The notes under the pieces were generated by a model that was not told the DNA's origin, made no database searches, and worked only from the letters and a program-made list of their open reading frames with translations. Shown piece after piece: positions 56,703-64,000 of a DNA stretch of 64,000 nt (position 1 is the first letter of the stretch; each line of letters begins with the position of its first letter). The position numbers were made by a program, and so were the translations under genes. The DNA is taken from assembly GCA_035568415.1 (NCBI GenBank), contig DATMOC010000049.1:28246-92245 (forward strand), given 5' to 3'. The stretch comes from Bryobacteraceae bacterium. GTDB lineage: Bacteria; Acidobacteriota; Terriglobia; Bryobacterales; Bryobacteraceae.

Positions 56703-57202
56703 TCGACTTCAATCTCCGCAGGCGCCAGCACGGTCCCGGGGGGTGTCGACGGAAGCTCGACGTTTTCGGCGCGCCAGCCCTTGTGACGAAGCGTTCCGCC
56801 GGGAGCTTTCCCGCTCGCCGGAACATTGCCGATCAGTTTGATTCCGTCGACGTCGGCCTTGGTGTAGGTGCCTTCGACGCCGTCGATCACCGGCGCGAGC
56901 TTCAAATAGCGCTGCATCGCCTTGCGCGCGTTTTCCTGCACATCACGAACAGCGGCGCCCACCTGCTCATCAGAATAAGCGGAGATATCTTCCATCAGAA
57001 AATCGACCAGCCTCGCGTCGCGCTGCAGAATCGCCAGGATCTGAACCGCGCCGTCGGATGGGCCGGCTTGAGGCTTCGGCGGCGCCGTGGGACGCGTGGG
57101 GACCATCTTTGAATATCCATACGCCTGCGCGATGTCGGAAGGAAGCGAGCCACCAAAGAGGATGGCGAAAAACGCGCGGAATGCAAAAGTAATTCGATTC
57201 AA
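56699..57202 (-). CDS. DUF2760-like protein
   Basis: 167 aa with a TTG start. The N-terminal hydrophobic/amphipathic FAFRAFFAILFG and ..AVQILAILQRDARLVDFLMEDISAYSDEQVGAAVR.. match my recollection of DUF2760, which recurs next to atypical Hsp70 genes. Not verified by search. Confidence 0.6.
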   Translation of the reverse strand: MNRITFAFRAFFAILFGGSLPSDIAQAYGYSKMVPTRPTAPPKPQAGPSDGAVQILAILQRDARLVDFLMEDISAYSDEQVGAAVRDVQENARKAMQRYLKLAPVIDGVEGTYTKADVDGIKLIGNVPASGKAPGGTLRHKGWRAENVELPSTPPGTVLAPAEIEVE

Positions 57203-57242
57203 GCTTTGCCTCGATTAGAGTGGCAGAGATGCCTTTACTATT

Positions 57243-58166
57243 TTACCCGCGCGGTTCCGAAATCCGCGACCCAGGCAGCACTGTGGATTCGCGCAGCTTC
57301 GCCAGTTCGCGCCGCGCGATGGTCGCCCAGTGGCTGGCAGGATCCAGCTTCAAGTAGGTGGTCCAGTGCTGGACAGCTTTCATCGGCTGGTTCGACCCCT
57401 GATACAACAGCGCGACATTGTAGTGTGCATCGGCATAGTTAGGCGAAATCTTCAAGGCGGCTTCGTAGTGTGTGAGCGCGCGGGTGCGGTCCCCGCGTTC
57501 GTCGTACAGATTGGCCAGATCGAAGTGAGCCAGCGCGTATTCGGGATCCACTTCGAGCGCCTGGCGGTAATATTTTTCCGCGTCGCTCCACTTGCGCGCG
57601 TTGAAGTAAATAGTCCCAAGGTTCACCAGCGCTCCGGCGGAGTTTGGATCCAGGCCGATCGCTTTTTGATATGCCTCGATCACCTGTTCGGCGGGCGCGC
57701 CGGACTGTTCCAGGTCGAGTCCGCGCTGGAACCATCGTTCGGCCGTCGCGCGCTGGTCGCGTTCCGTAGCCGCGCGGCTCTTTTGCGGAAACTCCACCAG
57801 CCGTTTCAGCTCAGATTTGCCGAAGTTGAGCAGGAGCTGGCCCGAAACCGCTTCCATCGCGCCGCCGTCGATCTCCACGCGGACCTTTTTCCCATCGGCG
57901 TACAGCTTGAGATCGGTCAGTGGATTTTCAACGTGTTTGAGTTTTTGGCGGAGCGCCGCCAGCGCCTTGCGAAGCTGCAAAGCAGGTACGCGGTCCGCGC
58001 GGAGCTTCAAAATCGTGCGAAGCGCGAGCAGTTCGCGAAAGCCGTAGCTCGGCGTCGACGCGACCAGCTTCTGTTGCTCCCAACTCACGAGTTGACGTTC
58101 AGAGATTCCCAGGAGCCGGAGAACCTCTTTACGCGTATACGCCTGTTTCGCGGCGGCAGCGGGCAC
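57243..58166 (-). CDS. MerR-type HTH + TPR repeat protein
   Basis: The N-terminus YTRKEVLRLLGISERQLVSWEQQKLV is a MerR-like HTH. The C-terminal ~170 aa holds 4-5 TPR units (..AIGLDPNSAGALVNLGTIYFNARKWSDAEKYYRQALEVDPEYALAHFDLANLY.. etc.). Confidence 0.7.
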   Translation of the reverse strand: MPAAAAKQAYTRKEVLRLLGISERQLVSWEQQKLVASTPSYGFRELLALRTILKLRADRVPALQLRKALAALRQKLKHVENPLTDLKLYADGKKVRVEIDGGAMEAVSGQLLLNFGKSELKRLVEFPQKSRAATERDQRATAERWFQRGLDLEQSGAPAEQVIEAYQKAIGLDPNSAGALVNLGTIYFNARKWSDAEKYYRQALEVDPEYALAHFDLANLYDERGDRTRALTHYEAALKISPNYADAHYNVALLYQGSNQPMKAVQHWTTYLKLDPASHWATIARRELAKLRESTVLPGSRISEPRG

Positions 58167-58176
58167 GGATCAAAGT

Positions 58177-58707
58177 TTAGCAAGTCTCGAAAAGTGATAT
58201 CGCGGCGATCCCGGCGGCTCCGGCAGTCATGCAGGCTTTTGCGTTCTCTCGCGTGATGCCCCCCAGCGCCAGCACCGGGATCTTTACGTCACGCGCCGCT
58301 GCCGCAAGCGCCTCTAGACCGCGCGGGGCCAGGCCGGATGTTTTCGACAGCGGTGCAAAAATCGGGCCGAATACGACGTAGTCCGCTCCTTCCTGTTCAG
58401 CCGCGCGAACTTCTTCAATCGCATGGCAGGAGACTCCAATCAGGAATCCAGATGGAGCGACGGCGCGCCACCTCGATGGCGGAAGCGAGCCAGCCGGCAA
58501 ATGTAATCCCGACGCGCCCGCGGCCAGCGCGACGTCCATGCGGATATTCACGATGACCTTCTGCTCTCTTGCCATTACTTGGCGAACCAGTGCCAGCAGG
58601 TCGCGCGCGGGAAGTTCTTTGTCGCGGACCTGAATCCAGTCGACGGATTCGCGCACTGCGTTGTCGAGTCCGCGCAGATGCCGGTCGGTGATGTAGCACC
58701 GGATCAT
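58177..58707 (-). CDS. thiE: Thiamine-phosphate synthase family protein
   Basis: ..WIQVRDKEL.., ..VIVNIRMDVALAAGASGLHL.., ..IGVSCH..., ..GADYVVFGPIFAPLSK.., ..PVLALGGIT... It is short (176 aa). Confidence 0.8.
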   Translation of the reverse strand: MIRCYITDRHLRGLDNAVRESVDWIQVRDKELPARDLLALVRQVMAREQKVIVNIRMDVALAAGASGLHLPAGSLPPSRWRAVAPSGFLIGVSCHAIEEVRAAEQEGADYVVFGPIFAPLSKTSGLAPRGLEALAAAARDVKIPVLALGGITRENAKACMTAGAAGIAAISLFETC

Positions 58708-58735
58708 AACGTGGCACGGGCTTTAGCCTGTGGCG

Positions 58736-59086
58736 TCACGGACTGGATCTCCTCCGCCGTTCCGCCCGCCGGACCTGTGGCTCGTCCATTCCAAAATAGT
58801 GTGCGATCTCGTGCCACACCGTATCGGCGACCATCTTTTCCAAATCCACAGGATTGCTCGACAGCCGTTCGTGCGGACCCTGGTAAATCGTGATCTGGTC
58901 CGGCATGCGGAAGCTGTCGCCAACCCCTCGCGCTGTCAAAGGGACGCCATGATATAAGCCCAGCAGACCGGGCCGCGGAGGCTCGCGCTCCACGACGATC
59001 GCGACGTTTTCGATGCGCTTGCGAAACCGCGCCGGGATGCGCCGCAGCGCGCGTTCCACGATCTTGTCGAACTCCTCAGCGCGCAA
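58736..59086 (-). CDS. Small zinc metallopeptidase-like protein (HExxH)
   Basis: 116 aa with ..FDKIVERALRRIPARFRKRIENVAIVVE... and ..VWHEIAHYFGMDE.., the pattern of the possible-metallopeptidase family found widely in bacteria. Confidence 0.75.
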   Translation of the reverse strand: MRAEEFDKIVERALRRIPARFRKRIENVAIVVEREPPRPGLLGLYHGVPLTARGVGDSFRMPDQITIYQGPHERLSSNPVDLEKMVADTVWHEIAHYFGMDEPQVRRAERRRRSSP

Positions 59087-59087
59087 A

Positions 59088-61448
59088 CTACGGCGTCACC
59101 TTGGTAGCGCGGCCCTCGGCCTCCCCGCGCAGCCAGATCGACAATGGAGCCTTCGGGCTTGGCGACGGCCATGGCATCGCGATGCGCAGCGATTGTTTCG
59201 AGCCTTCGCCCGCGATCGGACGCGGCATCTCCGCGACGTTTAATCCCACACGCGCGTCCCAGCCGGTCTTCTCGATGGTTTCCAAATCGAATCCCTTGAG
59301 GATTCCGTAAAATCCGTCGCCGGATTTTTCGTCGGTCATCGTGAAGCTTTCGATGCGCGGCACCCGCACCACCTTTCCAAGCGTGAACGCGTCGGATTTG
59401 CCCACCTCGGTTTCCACGATCGCCGTGAGCGTGCAGCCGGATTGCCCCACGGCTCCGGGATCGAGCGAAAGAAACAGTGCGCCCGCACCTCCGGAAATCA
59501 GCTGTCCTCCCGGCTGCTTCTCGCCGCCCCGCAACTTGAGAAGTTGGGCGGTGAGCGCCGGCTCAGCGCATTGGACCGTCAACACGGGCTGGGCGTCCGT
59601 CAGGTCGGTCTTCATTGCGAATCCGACCCAGGACCCTGCGGGAATTTCTCCATCCCGAGGCGCGATAACAAGATCGCGAGGAAGCGACGGTTTGGCTTCC
59701 AAAATTCGAGGACGGGCCGCGACAACTTGCAGCGCGACTGGCAGGCGTAGTGCTCCCGCCATTCCGTCCACTTTGGCCGAAAGGGTCCCGGAATCACCCG
59801 CCTTGGCGCCCGCGCGCAGCCGCACAGTCACATTGCGCTGGGACCCGCCCTCAGTCGCCGCCGAGAGTACGATTTCCGCGCGATCCGATTCCAACGCGAC
59901 AATCCGATCCAACCCTGTTCCGGTGAGGGTTACGGCCTGCTCGCGCTCGCCCGCGTTGACGCGAATCCGGTCGAGTTTCGGAACGGGCGGCAGGACACGA
60001 AAAGGAACATCGGTGACGGCGCCGTCGATGCGCGAAAGCGCCAGCAGGTATGGCCCGGCACGCAGCGCGTCTGTATCCAGTTCGACCCGCAAATTCTGTT
60101 GCGCGGCCGGACGATCCGGCGGAAGATCCACAGGAATCTGCCGTGCGCTCTGCGGACGATGCACGGTGGCGTGATCCACGAACAGAAAATCGCAACCCGA
60201 TACTTCCACATCCACCGGACCAGAACCCGCAATAAGTCTATCCTGCGATTCCGGAGTCAGCCGCGCGCTCTTCAAATCGTCGAAGCGATGCAGCCGCACT
60301 GTACCGGCAATCTGGTACGTATCCCAATCCCATTTCCCCTGCAACGTGTATGCGCCGGGCGCGCCAGCGAACTTGCGCAGATCGACGCGCAGCGCGCGTT
60401 CATCCGGAATAGGCCGCACCATCACGTGCATGGGAGGCTGCGAAAATCCTTGCGGAACCAGTGTCCAATCGAAAACGTGATCCATTAACCGCCATTGCGC
60501 CTGATTGTCCAGCTTAAGGGGCACGCCCACGCGCAGGCCGATGGGCACGTCGCTATCCTTCAACACGGAAGCCGCGGGCGGCGCCGTATTGATCACGCGG
60601 TAAGCCCACATGTAGGCCAGCTTGTTGCGCGTGCGTGGCGCGAGCTGCGCACACAGCGTCATGCCATCGGAATCGCCGGGAATCGCGTACACACTGCGAA
60701 ATTCCGTATCCGGCATCAGGAATTGTTTAATCATCGGCAGCGCGCCGGCCCCCGGGAACAAGCCGCCCGCGTTCTCGAAAAATCCTTCGACGCCTTTGCC
60801 CATCATGGTCGCCGATCCAGCGCGGCGACCCGCGCCCAACGGATCGTAACTCGAAACCGACGGGTTCAGTGCCCGCACCAGCGCGAAGATCGCCTGCTCC
60901 GCCGGTGTGGTTGGACGAACTGAACGAGTCGACTCATCGTCAGCCTGCTCCTCCAGCTCGCGCGCCAGTTGCAGCCCTGCCTCCAGATCGGCGGTCTGAT
61001 CCGCGTAGTCGGCCAGTGCCGCCACCATGTTGTCGTCTCTTGTGACCAGGTTGGTCAGCCGCTTTTCGTCCAGCCCCTGCGGCGCGAAGACCACCAGCAC
61101 GATCCGTGCCGCGAAAGGAGTGGCCCATTCCGTGGAACTCGCGGCAAGCCGGGGCTCGAGCACGGTGAGCTGCCCGTCGTTCGCCTTGGGGAGGACAACC
61201 AACGTCAGCTTGGCGTCCTTGCCCAGATTCGCGGGCAAATCGAGCGGCGCATAACTGATGCGGAATCCCGAGCCCAGATTGTTAACCTGATGGATCGGAA
61301 TCGCTTGGGGCGCGTTGGTTCCAGAAGGCCGGGCAGAGAGCCGGAAGCTAGTCACTGCGGTGCTCCCAACGCATCCGCGAGGAGCGCCACAGGTCAGCGC
61401 GGCAAACAGCCAGAAGCCGGAAGCTAGTACAGCAAGTCGCGGCAACAT
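59088..61448 (-). CDS. Large secreted hypothetical protein (786 aa)
   Basis: Signal-like MLPRLAVLASGFWLFAAL. Non-repetitive N-terminal ~330 aa, then beta-rich segments suggestive of Ig-like modules. The stop lies 1 nt before the next gene's start codon. No family recognised. Confidence 0.6.
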   Translation of the reverse strand: MLPRLAVLASGFWLFAALTCGAPRGCVGSTAVTSFRLSARPSGTNAPQAIPIHQVNNLGSGFRISYAPLDLPANLGKDAKLTLVVLPKANDGQLTVLEPRLAASSTEWATPFAARIVLVVFAPQGLDEKRLTNLVTRDDNMVAALADYADQTADLEAGLQLARELEEQADDESTRSVRPTTPAEQAIFALVRALNPSVSSYDPLGAGRRAGSATMMGKGVEGFFENAGGLFPGAGALPMIKQFLMPDTEFRSVYAIPGDSDGMTLCAQLAPRTRNKLAYMWAYRVINTAPPAASVLKDSDVPIGLRVGVPLKLDNQAQWRLMDHVFDWTLVPQGFSQPPMHVMVRPIPDERALRVDLRKFAGAPGAYTLQGKWDWDTYQIAGTVRLHRFDDLKSARLTPESQDRLIAGSGPVDVEVSGCDFLFVDHATVHRPQSARQIPVDLPPDRPAAQQNLRVELDTDALRAGPYLLALSRIDGAVTDVPFRVLPPVPKLDRIRVNAGEREQAVTLTGTGLDRIVALESDRAEIVLSAATEGGSQRNVTVRLRAGAKAGDSGTLSAKVDGMAGALRLPVALQVVAARPRILEAKPSLPRDLVIAPRDGEIPAGSWVGFAMKTDLTDAQPVLTVQCAEPALTAQLLKLRGGEKQPGGQLISGGAGALFLSLDPGAVGQSGCTLTAIVETEVGKSDAFTLGKVVRVPRIESFTMTDEKSGDGFYGILKGFDLETIEKTGWDARVGLNVAEMPRPIAGEGSKQSLRIAMPWPSPSPKAPLSIWLRGEAEGRATKVTP

Positions 61449-61493
61449 GTATTTAGTTTACGCGCAGCGCACCTGTGATATAAATGGGCTGCT

Positions 61494-62810
61494 ATGACCA
61501 AGCAAGAAATTATCCTGGCGAATCAACAATACCTGTATCCGGCGGTCTTTCATTACTATAAGGAGCCGCTCGTGGTCACGCGAGCCAAAGATCAATACGT
61601 TTGGGATATCGACGGCAATCAGTACCTGGATTTTTTCGGCGGCATCGTCACCATCGGCGTCGGCCACTGCAATGAGACGGTCAACAAGAAGGTCCACGAG
61701 CAGATGGATAAGCTGCAGCACGTCTCCACTGTTTTCGCGAATGAGCCACAAGCTGCGCTGGCCAAACGGATCGCGGAGATCACGCCCGGCGGCAAGCTCA
61801 CTAAGAGTTATTTCACCAACAGCGGAACCGAAGCTAACGAAACGGCGTTCGTCACGGCGCGCTGCTACACCGGAAATCACGAAATCGTCGCGCTGCGGCA
61901 CAGCTATCACGGCCGCTCCGCAATTGCGATGCAGGCGACCGGAAATTCCGCGTGGCGGCTGGGCCTCTCCGCTCCGAACGGTTTCGTCCACGCGCTTGCC
62001 GGCTATTGCTATCGCTGCCCGCTTGGCCTGACGTACCCGTCCTGCAACGTACGTTGCGCGCGTGATATGGATGAGATGATCCGCACGTCGACGTCAGGCA
62101 AAATCGCCGCGTTCATTGCCGAGCCGATCCAGGGCGTCGGCGGGTTCATCACGCCTCCCAAGGAATATTTCGAGATCGTCCACGGGATCATCAAAAAATT
62201 CGGCGGCCTGTTTATCAGCGATGAAGTGCAGACCGGATGGGGCCGCACTGGCGGGAAGTGGTTCGGAATCGAGCAGTGGGGCGTCCAGCCCGACATCATC
62301 ACCAGCGCGAAGAGCCTGGGAAACGGTGCTCCCGTGGGGCTCACCGTCGCACGTCCCGAAGTGGCCGACGCGATGAAAGGCGCGACCATCTCGACCTTCG
62401 GTGGCAATCCCGTGACGGCCACGCAGGCCAAGGCCGTGATCGATTACATCGACGAACACAAGCTCATGATCAACGCGGCCGAAGTTGGGGCTTATCTGCG
62501 TGCCAAGCTTGAAGAGATGAAAGCGAAGCACTCCATCATCGGCGAAGTTCGCGGCATGGGCCTACTGGTCGGCGTCGAACTGGTGGAGGATCGCGAAACC
62601 AGAGCTCCCGCGGCCGCCGCGGTGAACGCGCTGATGGAAGCGTCGCGCGAGAATCGGCTGATGATCGGCAAGGGCGGCACGTATGGAAACGTGATCCGTA
62701 TTTCGCCTCCGCTGAATATTTCCAAATCCGATGTGGACGAGTTCGCGTTGCGCTTCGAAGCCAGCCTCCAACGCGTCGTCGCGTCGAACCTCGCAGGTGC
62801 GGCACGCTAA
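61494..62810 (+). CDS. Class III PLP aminotransferase (AGXT2 / beta-alanine-pyruvate type)
   Basis: ..FTNSGTEANETA.., ..AFIAEPIQGVGG.., ..LFISDEVQTGWGRTG.., ..DIITSAKSLGNG.. (PLP-Lys), ..TFGGNPV.. 438 aa. Confidence 0.9.
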   Translation: MTKQEIILANQQYLYPAVFHYYKEPLVVTRAKDQYVWDIDGNQYLDFFGGIVTIGVGHCNETVNKKVHEQMDKLQHVSTVFANEPQAALAKRIAEITPGGKLTKSYFTNSGTEANETAFVTARCYTGNHEIVALRHSYHGRSAIAMQATGNSAWRLGLSAPNGFVHALAGYCYRCPLGLTYPSCNVRCARDMDEMIRTSTSGKIAAFIAEPIQGVGGFITPPKEYFEIVHGIIKKFGGLFISDEVQTGWGRTGGKWFGIEQWGVQPDIITSAKSLGNGAPVGLTVARPEVADAMKGATISTFGGNPVTATQAKAVIDYIDEHKLMINAAEVGAYLRAKLEEMKAKHSIIGEVRGMGLLVGVELVEDRETRAPAAAAVNALMEASRENRLMIGKGGTYGNVIRISPPLNISKSDVDEFALRFEASLQRVVASNLAGAAR

Positions 62811-63088
62811 TGGCTCTCGAAGAAAAAGCGTTTTACCGCGAGTCGCCCACCACCAAGCCGGCCACGCTGAACTGTCCGTTCTGCCGGACCGCCGATTCCT
62901 ACGATCTACGATGGATGGTCCGCAAAAAGATCGACCAGCTTCCTCGCGGCGCAGATGAGCGCGATCGTGCGAGGTTCGCCAAATTCTTGAGCTACATGGT
63001 CCTGATGGACGATAAGGCCATGTGCAAGAATATGCGCTGCCGGAAGCGGTTTGATATTTCGGGCATCAAGACCATGGCGTTTATTTAG
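62810..63088 (+). CDS. Hypothetical small Cys-containing (zinc-ribbon-like) protein
   Basis: 92 aa with CPFC...C-x4-C. The ATG overlaps the upstream TAA by 1 nt (TAATG). No family recognised. Confidence 0.5.
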   Translation: MALEEKAFYRESPTTKPATLNCPFCRTADSYDLRWMVRKKIDQLPRGADERDRARFAKFLSYMVLMDDKAMCKNMRCRKRFDISGIKTMAFI

Positions 63089-63158
63089 ATAGCCGCGGAT
63101 AAACGCCGATTAGCGCGGATCGGATTCTTCTTGATCGACGTTCATCTGCGGCCGTTAA

Positions 63159-64000
63159 TCAGAACCACCGAGTCATGACGACCTTCTGCTCGGTATAAAA
63201 CGCCACCGCGTCCTTCCCATGTGCGTGCAGATCGCCGAAGAAGGAATTCTTCCAGCCTGAGAACGGGAAAAACGCCATCGGAGCAGCGACCCCGATATTC
63301 ACGCCGACCATGCCGCATTCGACTCGCGAACAATACTCGCGCGCCGATTTTCCGTCGGCAGTGAAAATCGACGTGGTGTTGCCGAACCGCGAGCTGTTCA
63401 CTAATTCGATCGCGTCATCAAGCGTCTTCACCCGGATCACCGAAAGCACCGGCCCGAAAATTTCTTCCTTGGCGATAGTCATCTGCGGCGTCACGTTGTC
63501 GAAAATCGTGGGGCCGAGGAAATATCCACTGCCATCCGACGTCGCACGTCCATCGCACAACGGCTTCGCACCTTCCGCCACGCCCTTCTCGATATACCCG
63601 ACCACTTTCTTCCGATGATCGCCCGTCACCAACGGACCCATGTCCGTTCCAGGCTTCAGGCCGTCGCCGACGTGTAGCGCCTTGGTCTTTTTCAGAAGCA
63701 GATCGAGCAGCGGCTCGGCGACTTCGCCAACCGGCACCAGAACGCTACCGGCCAGACATCGTTCGCCCGCCGCGCCGAACGCCGAACTCATAATGGCTTC
63801 GACCGTTTTCTCCAGATCCGCGCCCGGAGTCACCACCAGGTGATTCTTCGCGCCGCCCAGCGCCTGAACGCGCTTGCCGTGCTTTGCCGAGGTTTCGTAA
63901 ATGTACTTCGCCACCGGCGTCGATCCGACGAATGAAATCGCGCGCACCAGCGGATGCTCCAGCAGCGCGTCCACCGCGACCTTATCGCCGTGAATCAAGT
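63159..64000 (-). CDS. mmsA: CoA-acylating methylmalonate-semialdehyde dehydrogenase, C-terminal ~280 codons; gene continues past window end
   Basis: ..FVGSTPVAKYIY.., ..LGGAKNH.., ..FGAAGERCLA.. (catalytic Cys), and the terminal ..FFGDLHAHGKDAVAFYTEQKVVMTRWF are typical of MMSDH. Confidence 0.85.
   Translation of the reverse strand, partial: LIHGDKVAVDALLEHPLVRAISFVGSTPVAKYIYETSAKHGKRVQALGGAKNHLVVTPGADLEKTVEAIMSSAFGAAGERCLAGSVLVPVGEVAEPLLDLLLKKTKALHVGDGLKPGTDMGPLVTGDHRKKVVGYIEKGVAEGAKPLCDGRATSDGSGYFLGPTIFDNVTPQMTIAKEEIFGPVLSVIRVKTLDDAIELVNSSRFGNTTSIFTADGKSAREYCSRVECGMVGVNIGVAAPMAFFPFSGWKNSFFGDLHAHGKDAVAFYTEQKVVMTRWF

Overview
High-GC bacterial chromosome segment. It is probably Acidobacteriota, an inference from an ADOP-type duplicated FtsX permease, a CarboxypepD_reg-type TonB receptor and two Reg_prop/Y_Y_Y sensor kinases. 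I call about 61 CDS, 2 tRNAs (Arg-TCG, Leu-TAA), 1 decayed tyrosine-integrase pseudogene and 3 copies of an intergenic palindromic repeat; I saw no CRISPR array or rRNA. Housekeeping genes recognised with confidence: lepA, ribH, nusB, lptB, purA, fdhD, dnaE, accA, thiL, thiE, rlmI and mmsA (partial). Many adjacent genes share 4-nt start/stop overlaps (GTGA/ATGA/TTGA), so operons are tightly coupled. Most interesting loci: (1) a module on the minus strand made of a MerR-HTH/TPR protein, a DUF2760-like protein and an 867-aa atypical Hsp70-like ATPase, wedged between thiE and thiL; (2) a GYF-like/FHA-like/PrsW-like membrane protease fusion coupled to a double GNAT; (3) a 764-aa LptC/LptA-like multi-module protein directly upstream of lptB; (4) a small Cys-rich acidic protein coupled to a MurG-like glycosyltransferase; (5) tRNA-Arg followed by an integrase remnant and a TonB-receptor/propeller-sensor pair; (6) a repeat family built from TTTGCGTC/TTGGCGTC modules. 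All family assignments come from reading motifs in the translations. No database search was run.
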